Positions 53,979-62,889 of a stretch of DNA of 64,000 nucleotides are shown piece after piece; position 1 is the first letter of the stretch, and every line of letters begins with the position of its first letter. The position numbers and the translations under genes were made by a program. The notes below the pieces were generated by a model. That model did not search any database. It saw only the letters and a program-made list of their open reading frames with translations, and was not told the DNA's origin. Origin of the DNA: an uncultured Candidatus Peribacteria bacterium. Its GTDB lineage: Bacteria; Patescibacteriota; Gracilibacteria; JAUYGZ01. Where the stretch lies: NCBI GenBank assembly GCA_964352145.1, contig CAYGQA010000003.1, positions 58,236 through 122,235 on the forward strand, in the 5' to 3' direction.

Positions 53979-56207
53979 TTACAATTTCTTCACTGGAGCG
54001 ACATTCAGAGCAATCTTCTTCATCCCATAATGATCAAAATCAATATCAGCGATATCTCCTTTCAAACTCCGAATAACCCCTCTTCCAAAAGCCTTGTGCT
54101 CAACACTATCACCCTCTTCAAAAATCTGTTTAATATTTGATTGGGCATTGTGATTTGGAACTTGGATATTCCTCATGAAATGAGGTATTTCATCCGAAAA
54201 AGTCACCTCTTCCTTCTCCCTTTGCTCTCGTCCATAAGAACGTATCCGGTTAGCCATCTCTTTTTCACCCTTTTGCGCTAAATACTCTCCATCTGCAACT
54301 TCTTCTGGGATATGCTTCAAGAAACTCGAAGGGGGGTTATATTGCGTCTCTCCATACAACATCCTTCTTCGTGCCCAAAGGAGATGAAGCTTTTCTTTAG
54401 CACGCGTCATTGCGACATACATTAGCCGACGCTCCTCTTCCATTTGCTCAGGATCAAAAGCTGATCGAGAATGAGGAAAAATCCCCTCTTCTAAACCAAC
54501 GATATAGACATGTTGATATTCTAGTCCTTTAGCTGAATGGACCGTCATGAGAGTGAGATAGTCCTCAGAACCCTGTAAAGAATCGGTATCACTCACCAAA
54601 GCCACTTCTTCAAGGAAGGTTCCTAATCCCACTCCTGGCTCAAGCTCATCATATTTTTTAGCAACGGTCATCAACTCCTGTACATTTTCTAAACGTGCCT
54701 GTCCAACATCCTTCTCCATCATGAGCATCTGATCATACTTCGTGCGATGTAAGATCTCGCGAATAAGTGTAGAAACTGGAAATTCTTTTGAAAAAGCTTG
54801 AAGTTCTCCTATTAAATCTGAAAAAGAGCGTACTTGATTCACCTTCGACTCAGAAAGTTCCATTTCAAGACCATGGACATGCCCAGAAGCCACCTGATAT
54901 AAACTCGCTATCTCTCGTACAGCGACTCGCTGAACCGCTTCCATTGTCTTCGCTCCAATCTTCCGAGTAGGAGTATTGATAATACGCGCAAAAGAAGCAT
55001 CATCTCGAGCGTTATAGATCAATCGTAGATAAGCAATGATATCTTTGATTTCTTTACGAGCATAAAACTTCAAGCCTCCGATAACCTTGTAAGGAATCCC
55101 ATAACGCAGACAAGCCTCCTCAAGCATACGAGACTGAGCATTGGTACGGTAAAGCACGACATGATTATTAAGCTGTCCCATATAAGGTCGCACGCAACGC
55201 AAGACATAATCAGCCTCAGCTTTTTCATCATCGACATCTATCATCTGTATCTTCTCCCCGTCTTCTTTATCCGTCCACAATTCTTTTTCAATACGGCTCT
55301 TATTCTGAGAAATCACTTCTTCCGCTGCCTTTAGGATGAAAGATGTCGAACGATAGTTTTGTTCGAGCTTGATCACCTTCGCCTCTGAATATTCTTTAGT
55401 GAAATTCAAAATATTCGTGATATCAGCTCCACGCCAAGAGTAAATATTCTGATCTGGATCACCTACCACACAGAGATTTCGAAAAGCCTGAGCCAACAGG
55501 TGAACAAGCTTATACTGAGCAGTATTCGTATCCTGATACTCATCTACATGGATATACTTCCAACGATACTGATATTTTTGCAGTACCGTTTCGTATTCTT
55601 CAAAAAGCTCAACCGTTTTCATAATCAAGTCATCAAAATCCAAGGCCTCTGCTTTTTGTAGGGCTTTTTGGTAATACTCATACACCAGTCCGACTTTTTC
55701 TTGAAAAGTATTCATCGCTGAGCGCTGCACATCATCAACACTTTGTAAGATATTTTTAGCAGAGCTAATCGCTCCTCGGATAGCCTTAGGGTTGAATTGT
55801 TTATCAGAAATCTTCAGCTCCTTCATCATACGTTTCACAAGCGCCAAAGAATCATCACTATCATAGATAACAAAAGAAGATTCATAGCCCAAATGCTGTA
55901 TTTCTCTCCTCAAGATCTGCACACAGATAGAATGAAAAGTCCCCATCGTCGGGACAGTCCCCGCCATCACATCCGACTCTGAGATCAGCTGTTTCACTCT
56001 CTCCTTCATCTCACCAGCAGCTTTGTTGGTAAAAGTGACTGCCAAGATCTGGCGTGGATCAATTCCCTTCTCTTGGATCAAATAAGCCATCCGATAAGTC
56101 AGCGCCATTGTTTTCCCCGTACCAGCTCCAGCTACAATCAAAACAGGACCTTCAGTAGTTTCAATAGCTTTCTTTTGCTGATCGTTAACAGTATTTAAGA
56201 GATCCAT
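53979..56207 (-). CDS. pcrA: ATP-dependent DNA helicase PcrA/UvrD
   Basis: AGAGTGKT, VDEYQDTN, the full set of SF1 motifs, and a C-terminal Tudor-like tail. Confidence 0.95.
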   Translation of the reverse strand: MDLLNTVNDQQKKAIETTEGPVLIVAGAGTGKTMALTYRMAYLIQEKGIDPRQILAVTFTNKAAGEMKERVKQLISESDVMAGTVPTMGTFHSICVQILRREIQHLGYESSFVIYDSDDSLALVKRMMKELKISDKQFNPKAIRGAISSAKNILQSVDDVQRSAMNTFQEKVGLVYEYYQKALQKAEALDFDDLIMKTVELFEEYETVLQKYQYRWKYIHVDEYQDTNTAQYKLVHLLAQAFRNLCVVGDPDQNIYSWRGADITNILNFTKEYSEAKVIKLEQNYRSTSFILKAAEEVISQNKSRIEKELWTDKEDGEKIQMIDVDDEKAEADYVLRCVRPYMGQLNNHVVLYRTNAQSRMLEEACLRYGIPYKVIGGLKFYARKEIKDIIAYLRLIYNARDDASFARIINTPTRKIGAKTMEAVQRVAVREIASLYQVASGHVHGLEMELSESKVNQVRSFSDLIGELQAFSKEFPVSTLIREILHRTKYDQMLMMEKDVGQARLENVQELMTVAKKYDELEPGVGLGTFLEEVALVSDTDSLQGSEDYLTLMTVHSAKGLEYQHVYIVGLEEGIFPHSRSAFDPEQMEEERRLMYVAMTRAKEKLHLLWARRRMLYGETQYNPPSSFLKHIPEEVADGEYLAQKGEKEMANRIRSYGREQREKEEVTFSDEIPHFMRNIQVPNHNAQSNIKQIFEEGDSVEHKAFGRGVIRSLKGDIADIDFDHYGMKKIALNVAPVKKL

Positions 56208-56326
56208 ACGCTGCTTCAGGGTGGTTAAGGACAGCAGTATAACAAAGTCGAAAGCCCAGATAAATCAAAAGCCGCAGAAACCTTACAAAATAAAGTCTCT
56301 ACGGCTTAAATACTCACTCTTTACAC

Positions 56327-57244
56327 CTACAACTCCACTTCTTCTACTTTATCTCGAAGTTCCATTCGGAATTCTTTTCGTTTCATCTTATCTTCTTTCA
56401 CTTTTTCACGAAGCTCTTTAGCATGTTCTACACATTCTTCTCTTCCTGCATCCTTACACTTTTCGATAAGTGTATCTACTTTTTCTCGTCTTTCTGTTCT
56501 TCTTTCTTCAGATTTTTCAAAAAGTCCATTAAGCCGTTCTTTACAGTTTTCTGGTGTTTCACGGTCATCACAACGTTCGATAGCTTTATCTTGTCTTTTA
56601 TCACGTCTTTCATCTCTATTCTCTCGACGTTCATCAAGTTTTACTTGGCAAGTTTCTTCGTTTTCTAAACAGTTTTTGACTCTCTCTTTTCTTTTTTTCT
56701 TCAAAAAACGTTCTCGCTGTTCTCCCATTTCTTCGAAAAATTCAGATAAAATAGCTTTACGTTCTTCTTCTGTCATGTTTTCTAATTCTTCTTTTGTAGG
56801 GAGATCTGATTTATTTGCAGCTCTTCTCAGTCGAGCATAAACCATAACAACATCACGACGATTCTCTTTATGCTTCCTTACAGCAGTTCTAATCTTTTTA
56901 AGAACACCTCTACGTCCTTCATGAACAAAAACTTCAGCAAAAGGGACATCTAATCCACCATCAGTCAAAAGATCATCCATTTCTTCTGAATCAAGCTCCA
57001 GAATTTCTTCGATCTCTTCATCTTCCTCATCTGTATCATCTCCATTATCATCAGATAACTCTTCTACAAGTTCATCAACAGCTTCTTCAGCTGCTTCATC
57101 ATAGTCTTCTTCAGATTCTTGTTCTTCTGACTCAAGCTGAGCTTCTAAAGAATCATCATCCTCTGCAAAAGCTTGTGGCGCTCCGTAGAGACTTGGGCTA
57201 AGAAACATCCCGAATGCCAACATAAAGGCGAGTAACTTTTTCAT
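56327..57244 (-). CDS. secreted bipartite charged protein (acidic N-half, Arg/Lys/Glu-rich C-half with Cys pairs)
   Basis: Signal peptide, then a D/E tract, then RERF..KKKRKER.. with three C-x(7-9)-C pairs. Confidence 0.45.
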   Translation of the reverse strand: MKKLLAFMLAFGMFLSPSLYGAPQAFAEDDDSLEAQLESEEQESEEDYDEAAEEAVDELVEELSDDNGDDTDEEDEEIEEILELDSEEMDDLLTDGGLDVPFAEVFVHEGRRGVLKKIRTAVRKHKENRRDVVMVYARLRRAANKSDLPTKEELENMTEEERKAILSEFFEEMGEQRERFLKKKRKERVKNCLENEETCQVKLDERRENRDERRDKRQDKAIERCDDRETPENCKERLNGLFEKSEERRTERREKVDTLIEKCKDAGREECVEHAKELREKVKEDKMKRKEFRMELRDKVEEVEL

Positions 57245-57267
57245 ATGAAAAATAAAAAAATGAAAAT

Positions 57268-57276
57268 ATTATGACA
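57268..57276 (-). promoter_or_regulatory. extended -10 box TGTCATAAT
   Basis: 24 nt upstream of the ATG at 57244. Confidence 0.45.
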
Positions 57277-57395
57277 ATCCTATCAAAGGCTTAGAAAAAT
57301 AACGAAAAGGTCTGCTTGATTAAAAAGTAAATTGCTTGAAGAACCGTCTTCATTTATTACGAAGCATTGACGATGTTGTTACAATAAAACAACTA

Positions 57396-57671
57396 TCAAA
57401 AAACAAAAAACTTAATGAGTCCATAGCGAAGGATATCCAACAGGATCAATGTCACCAGCGGAGACCAATCTACCATCGCCATAGATCCAGAGCCTTTTGG
57501 AAGGACATTCCTCACTGGAGCAATCACCGCCTCAGACGTTTGCTTGATAAACAGCACCACCGGATGTCGAGATCCAGGTGCAAACCATGAGACCAGCACT
57601 CTAGCGACAATCAACCAACTCAAAATACGGAAGAAGTAGATGAGTGCGACGTAGTAGAATGAAACAGACAT
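57396..57671 (-). CDS. yggT: YggT family membrane protein
   Basis: FFRILSWLIVARVLVSWF.PG.....V..I...+E.+..P+R..+P....+D+SP++. Start set at MSVSFYY. Confidence 0.8.
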   Translation of the reverse strand: MSVSFYYVALIYFFRILSWLIVARVLVSWFAPGSRHPVVLFIKQTSEAVIAPVRNVLPKGSGSMAMVDWSPLVTLILLDILRYGLIKFFVF

Positions 57672-57813
57672 AATTTTCAGATAAGAGTTTTCTGATAAAC
57701 AAACAGGCTTAGAATACCATAGATCAGTGCCTAGTTTGTAGTGAGTAGTTTGTAATAAAAACAATGGCCTATTATCAAATAGAAAGGCCAAATAAATCTA
57801 GTCTTTTTACAAA

Positions 57814-58812
57814 TTATTTAGGAGAAACAGATTTTAAGATTTCATAAACATCCTTACCCTTCTCAGCAAGTTCCTTAGCATATTCAAATCTCTCCTTTGC
57901 TGTAGAGCTATTTCTACCTAATTTGATCCATGATTCATAAATTCCTCGATTTTCAGCTTCTGGATCATCAATAATATCAGGAAATCCTAATACGAACTGA
58001 TTGACAAAAGATTTATATGCAATTGAAAGATGCACTCCATTAACTGAAGCTTCTTCAGTATAGAAAACATTATTAACTGCTTCATCCGATTGACCCCAAA
58101 ATACATCACCTTCATTATACCTCTCAAATAATTTACGCTGTTCTATTACATCTTCTCTATATTGATTTAGTGTATAAGCATCTACATCTTGAACTTCACT
58201 TATCTCTTTTTTCAAGTTTTTTGTAAAATTTTTAAAGATGTTCTTTGCTATCTCAGGGCGAGCACCGATTGCAATCATTGAAGTTTCTAATTGTCCGCTT
58301 CCATTACATCGATCATCAGCTGTGTAATCTTTTTCTAAAGCTGGGAATTCCAAGACATAACTACCATGTAAGCCAATTTCATCTTTCCATAAAACATTGA
58401 TTCTATGACCAGATAATTCCTCACTCTCTCGGTAAGAAGTATCTAAAGATGCTCGAAGAAGTCTTTCCTTCTCCTCCATTCTCAATTCTTCAATTTCTTT
58501 TTCAGCATCATTTCTTCTTTTTAATTCACGTTTTATCCTTCCATAAGCAATATATAGTCTCTCCGGGTGATCTTCAGGCACATTTTCATGTGCAAATTTG
58601 AAAATCGATTCAGATTCCACAATTGATAAAGCATTATCCAAAACTATCGTTTCTTCTTCTCCATCCAAAGAAAAGGAGAGTTGGTAAATTTCTTTTTCCT
58701 TTTCAAGATCATAAGCTTTAGAAATATTAACAGTTACTCCATAACGTACTTCTGCAGCTTCAAATACGCCACTTGATTCTAAAACATCATCATCTGTTTG
58801 AAATTCTGACAT
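57814..58812 (-). CDS. hypothetical cytoplasmic protein
   Basis: 332-aa ORF without a signal peptide. No motif recognised. Confidence 0.4.
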   Translation of the reverse strand: MSEFQTDDDVLESSGVFEAAEVRYGVTVNISKAYDLEKEKEIYQLSFSLDGEEETIVLDNALSIVESESIFKFAHENVPEDHPERLYIAYGRIKRELKRRNDAEKEIEELRMEEKERLLRASLDTSYRESEELSGHRINVLWKDEIGLHGSYVLEFPALEKDYTADDRCNGSGQLETSMIAIGARPEIAKNIFKNFTKNLKKEISEVQDVDAYTLNQYREDVIEQRKLFERYNEGDVFWGQSDEAVNNVFYTEEASVNGVHLSIAYKSFVNQFVLGFPDIIDDPEAENRGIYESWIKLGRNSSTAKERFEYAKELAEKGKDVYEILKSVSPK

Positions 58813-58838
58813 AGTTTTTTATTTATGATTTTCATTTC

Positions 58839-58847
58839 ATTATAGCA
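58839..58847 (-). promoter_or_regulatory. extended -10 box TGCTATAAT
   Basis: 27 nt upstream of the ATG at 58812. Confidence 0.5.
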
Positions 58848-58932
58848 AAAAAAGGGCTTAAAAACAATCCTTAGAACACTATTAATCTTAATTATTTATC
58901 AAAAAACTAATAAAAGATATTTCTATAACTAC

Positions 58933-59014
58933 CTTGTTTCGTGTTTCGAGTTTAAACTTTGATCATTATAAATTGTAATTTGATTGAAAAGTAAAAATTG
59001 AAAACTGAAAATTT
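58933..59014 (+). repeat. family-A composite intergenic repeat, copy A6
   Basis: CTTGTTTCGTGTTTCGAGTTTAAACTTTGATCATT...AATTTGATTGAAAAGTAAAAATTGAAAACTGAAAATTTC. It lies 5' of argS in argS orientation. Confidence 0.7.
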
Positions 59015-59033
59015 CTCAAAGAAGACCACAATA

Positions 59034-59042
59034 TGCTATATT
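59034..59042 (+). promoter_or_regulatory. extended -10 box TGCTATATT
   Basis: 27 nt upstream of the argS ATG, directly downstream of repeat A6. Confidence 0.45.
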
Positions 59043-59068
59043 TCATCCACTTTAACTGAGAAAAACGA

Positions 59069-60778
59069 ATGATCTCCAATCAACTCCAAGCCCTCTTCAT
59101 ACAAGCGGTAAAAGACGGAACCGGCAAAGAAATCGAAACAATATCCTTCGAAGAACCAAAATCTTCAGAGTTTGGTGATCAAGCGACAAACATCGCCTTA
59201 ATGCTCAGTAAAGAGCTTGGAAAAAACCCACGTGAAGTCGCTCAATCAATCGTTGACGCCCTCCCTGAGAACGATTTGATAGACCGAACTGATATCGCTG
59301 GTCCAGGTTTCATAAACTTTTGGTTTGCTGAGAAAGTTTTTGAAGAAAGTTTTGAAGAATTGATAGAAAGAGTAGAAAGCAAAAGCTACGGACATCTCAC
59401 AAGAGGAAATGGAAAAATAGCGATCACCGATACATCACACCCAAACATTGCTAAGCCAATGGGAGTACACCATCTCCTTTCAACCATTATTGGGCAAGCG
59501 ATCAACAACCTCATCGAAGCTAATGGATACGAAAGAATACGAGATAATTATCTGGGAGATTGGGGGACTCAATACGGTAAGCTCATCGTATCTATAAAAA
59601 AATGGGGAGATATAGAAAAAATAAAAGAAGACCCCATCACAGAACTCTTAAAGCTGTATGTGACTTTTCATGATGAAGCAGAAAAGAATCCTGGATTAGA
59701 AGATGAAGGAAGAGCTGCCTTTAAAAAGCTGGAAGAAGGAGATGAAGAATTCATGGAGCTTTGGAAATGGATACGACAAGTATCAATCGATGAATGTGAA
59801 AAGATCTGGAAACGCCTCGGAGTCGAATTCGACAGCATCAATGGAGAAAGCTTCTATGAAGACAAGATGGAAGAGATAATAAAAGAAGGAATAGAAAAAG
59901 GAGTAATAATCGAAGGAAATGAAGGAGCACTCATCATCGAAATGGATGACGAAAACAAACCTCCAGCAATCATCAAGAAAAGTGATGGAGCAACTCTCTA
60001 TGCGACAAGAGATCTCGCCCGTATCAAGTATTGGCAAGATGAACTCAAAGGAGATTTAGGGATTAACGTAGTAGATGTCGCACAAAAACTCTATTTCGAA
60101 CAACTCTTCGAATCTGCAGAAAAGCTTGGAATGAATAAAATGCATCATGTTCATGTCGAATTCGGACGCATGAGCTTTCCAGAAGGAGGGATGAGTACTC
60201 GTAAAGGAAAGATCATCTTACTCGAAGACGTGCTCGACGAAGCTGAAAAAAGAGCCTTAGAAAAAATAAAAGAACATAATTCAAAGCTTCCAGAAGAAGA
60301 GCAAGTAGAGCTCGCTCGAAAAATCGGAATCAGCGCCATCAAATACAATGTCCTCAGCCAAAGTAGAACGAAAAACTACACCTTCGACTGGGACATCATG
60401 CTCAGCTTCGATGGGAACTCAGCCCCCTACCTCCAATACGCGTACACGCGTACTCAATCAGTACTTAGGAAGGCTTCCAGCCTGGAGCTACAAGCCTCAA
60501 GCCTCAAGCTTCAAGCACCCGAGGAACTCGGATTACTCAAAAAACTCCTCGCCTTCGAAGCACAAATCGAAAGATCACTCACGGAGTACAAACCAAACCA
60601 CCTCTGTAACTATCTCTTCGAACTCGCTCAGGCCTTCAGCCTCTTCTACAATAATGTGAGAATCCTCGATGGATCTGAAGAAGAACAAGCTTCTCGTCTA
60701 AAACTGGTCGAAGCGGTCGCTTACGTACTCAAGAATGGCTTAGAAATATTAGGGATTGAAGTCCCTGAGAGGATGTAA
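59069..60778 (+). CDS. argS: arginine--tRNA ligase
   Basis: N-terminal Arg_tRNA_synt_N layout, a class I HIGH-like motif (PMGVHHL), a DALR anticodon-binding domain, and a C-terminal ...ERM ending. Confidence 0.95.
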   Translation: MISNQLQALFIQAVKDGTGKEIETISFEEPKSSEFGDQATNIALMLSKELGKNPREVAQSIVDALPENDLIDRTDIAGPGFINFWFAEKVFEESFEELIERVESKSYGHLTRGNGKIAITDTSHPNIAKPMGVHHLLSTIIGQAINNLIEANGYERIRDNYLGDWGTQYGKLIVSIKKWGDIEKIKEDPITELLKLYVTFHDEAEKNPGLEDEGRAAFKKLEEGDEEFMELWKWIRQVSIDECEKIWKRLGVEFDSINGESFYEDKMEEIIKEGIEKGVIIEGNEGALIIEMDDENKPPAIIKKSDGATLYATRDLARIKYWQDELKGDLGINVVDVAQKLYFEQLFESAEKLGMNKMHHVHVEFGRMSFPEGGMSTRKGKIILLEDVLDEAEKRALEKIKEHNSKLPEEEQVELARKIGISAIKYNVLSQSRTKNYTFDWDIMLSFDGNSAPYLQYAYTRTQSVLRKASSLELQASSLKLQAPEELGLLKKLLAFEAQIERSLTEYKPNHLCNYLFELAQAFSLFYNNVRILDGSEEEQASRLKLVEAVAYVLKNGLEILGIEVPERM

Positions 60779-60854
60779 GCTATCACTTTACAGATTTTTC
60801 TTCATTTAAAAATCATCCAGCAGTTTGTTTAAAGTAAATCATACTTCATAAGCT

Positions 60855-60913
60855 GAGAAATCTCACCCGCCTGCGCTACCGCTTTGCTGTCCCTCTCCTT
60901 TTCAAAGGAGAAG
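60855..60913 (-). repeat. family-B GC-rich hairpin unit B4
   Basis: GAGAAATCTCACCCGCCTGCGCTACCGC.. followed by hairpin CTCCTTT-tca-AAGGAG. Confidence 0.55.
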
Positions 60914-60971
60914 AACTCAGGTTTCATTTAGATTCAGCAAGAGTTACCTAGGATAATCCGAGGTTTCTTAG

Positions 60972-61026
60972 TCTTTCTCTTTTGAAAAAGAGAAAGAAGA
61001 GCTCCTAAGAGCGGCAGATTGAGATT
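60972..61026 (+). repeat. family-B GC-rich hairpin unit B5
   Basis: Hairpin TCTTTCTCTTTT-ga-AAAAGAGAAAGA followed by GAGCTCCTAAGAGCGGCAGATTGAGATTT. Inverted relative to B4. Confidence 0.55.
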
Positions 61027-61098
61027 TTTTTTTCAAAGCTGAGTTGATTTGTTAATTCTTTCTGAAGAAGAAATGGGACAGCAGCACCTATAAATACT

Positions 61099-62715
61099 CT
61101 AATAATCAAAAGAACTAAAATCTTCAAAAGCATCTGGAGCTCTCAAAACCTCTCTATTCGAATAGTTAATTCGATTCACTGGGTAAATCAAGGTCCGTAC
61201 AACGATCTGCATAGCCTTACCACGCGTCAGGAGCTGTGACGGGAAGACTTTTCGTCCTGGCTCAATATCATCGAGGATCCCTTCTCTGAAGGCTGTTTTC
61301 ACCAAACGCGAATACCACTCGGTATTTGGTACATCAGGGAATTCATTCATCACATCATCGAGGATCTCAATACTCGAAAAATTCATAGCCATCTTCAGAG
61401 CTTCTACAAGGTTAACCGTCCATCCTGGCTTGAAGTAGCCATCTGGATATCCTTTGATGACCCCTATGGAATCCGCCTCATGGATATAAGGAGCAAACCA
61501 ATCTCCAGGATTCACATCAGTATAACGCGGAGAAAAGGATTCTTTATCGATACGATACTGAAGTGTCTCAAAAAGGATCTTCAAAAACTCTGCTCGATTA
61601 ATCGGAGCATTGGGCCTCATAGTCCCATCAGGATATCCTTGCACCACTCCGAGATGATAAAGCTCTAAGATAGAGTTTTGATACTGCGGAGCTTCAGCCA
61701 AGTCTGGGAATGAAACCGTCTTATCATTTACAATAACTCGTATAGACACCGTGTCAGAAAACAAGGTCCCTAGCTCTTTACATCCCTCTTTAATACGTAA
61801 TTGAGCAGTAAACGCTCCTGTGTTTTCTGGTACAAAGAACAGGTCTCCCAAGCGAGGATCCACATCAACATCTCTCACTCTCATTCCATCAGATTTTCTC
61901 CATTCAAAATCAAAAAACTGACACTTCCCATCGGGATCGTAGATATCTTGCACTTGGATCAAAACAGGTTCATTCACAAAAGTCTGCTTCACCTTATCTT
62001 GTAAAGTCACAATCGGAGCTCGAGTAGGCTTACCAGAAAAGTCTAGCTCTGGCAGATCATCAGCATCTGTCCGAAAAAGATTGGATGAAGAATCAAAAGC
62101 AGTATCAGGTACAGGCGTATTAATAGAGCTATCTGGACAAATATCTGGGAGTCGCTCACTACTCCCTATAGCCTGACAAAGAGGGTTTATCACCCGTTCT
62201 TCACGATCTTTAAACTGAAAAAACTCACTCGCATTATCCTGTAATCGAGTCAAAAATCCTTGTCTTTCAGACTCCGTATGAGGCAGGTAATAGACCACTA
62301 TTTCATAATCTGTTTTAAGTCTTTCATTCCCAGAAAAAGGCTGATCAAACTCCAAGACCACGGTACCTCTCTCAAAAACCTGAATACCAGCACCAAGATT
62401 CACTCTTCCACCTGTATTCGGCTCGAAATAAGCCTGATCTAAATCAAAACCTCCCTCAAAACCACTTGATATCACCGAATTATCTTTAAAATAGAGAGAA
62501 AGATATCCACTTCCCGGCACAAAACGCTCTATTCTGACTTGTTTCTTTACCAATGAAGTATCAGTAGCATCCAACTTACTACAGGAGTTCACACCAACAC
62601 GAGTACAAGCAGGGAAACTCACACTCTGATCATAAAGAGAGATCACCTGTGACTGAGCATTCACCGTAAGCACTGAGAAGAAAAAGACCGATATCAGGAG
62701 AAAAAGTTTTTTCAT
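61099..62715 (-). CDS. SLH-domain cell-surface protein
   Basis: Signal peptide. The C-terminal third contains three S-layer-homology repeats (FPD+......+..L...G++.GYPDG..+P...+.R.E..K+). Confidence 0.8.
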   Translation of the reverse strand: MKKLFLLISVFFFSVLTVNAQSQVISLYDQSVSFPACTRVGVNSCSKLDATDTSLVKKQVRIERFVPGSGYLSLYFKDNSVISSGFEGGFDLDQAYFEPNTGGRVNLGAGIQVFERGTVVLEFDQPFSGNERLKTDYEIVVYYLPHTESERQGFLTRLQDNASEFFQFKDREERVINPLCQAIGSSERLPDICPDSSINTPVPDTAFDSSSNLFRTDADDLPELDFSGKPTRAPIVTLQDKVKQTFVNEPVLIQVQDIYDPDGKCQFFDFEWRKSDGMRVRDVDVDPRLGDLFFVPENTGAFTAQLRIKEGCKELGTLFSDTVSIRVIVNDKTVSFPDLAEAPQYQNSILELYHLGVVQGYPDGTMRPNAPINRAEFLKILFETLQYRIDKESFSPRYTDVNPGDWFAPYIHEADSIGVIKGYPDGYFKPGWTVNLVEALKMAMNFSSIEILDDVMNEFPDVPNTEWYSRLVKTAFREGILDDIEPGRKVFPSQLLTRGKAMQIVVRTLIYPVNRINYSNREVLRAPDAFEDFSSFDY

Positions 62716-62816
62716 GAATATATTATTTTTGTAAGTTTACAGAGTCAATGAAGACCTGGGCAAGAAATACGACTTGTGGATTAATTATTGTTGATTGCTG
62801 ATTGCTACTAGGACCT

Positions 62817-62857
62817 TCATTCAAATAGAAAATTCGATAATTCTGAAAATTTGATAA
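62817..62857 (+). repeat. weak partial family-A 3' module
   Basis: CATTCAAATAGAAAATTCGATAATTCTGAAAATTTGATAA resembles TTTGAATGAAAATTGAGAACTGAAAATTT. Confidence 0.3.
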
Positions 62858-62889
62858 TTTTTTTGGATCTTGACCCTTAAATTTTGGCC

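Noticed and set aside
6721-59014. Family-A and family-B repeats read as a CRISPR array or as replication-origin iterons.
   Set aside because: The copies are kilobases apart with no regular repeat-spacer spacing and no cas genes. No dnaA or dnaN genes or DnaA-box clusters lie nearby.
60476-60516. A short heptamer-like repeat (CAAGCCT x3) inside argS, encoding SSLELQASSLKLQA.
   Set aside because: It falls in the variable linker before the DALR anticodon-binding domain. The frame is intact and the flanking motifs are conserved, so it is probably a benign slippage expansion rather than a distinct feature.
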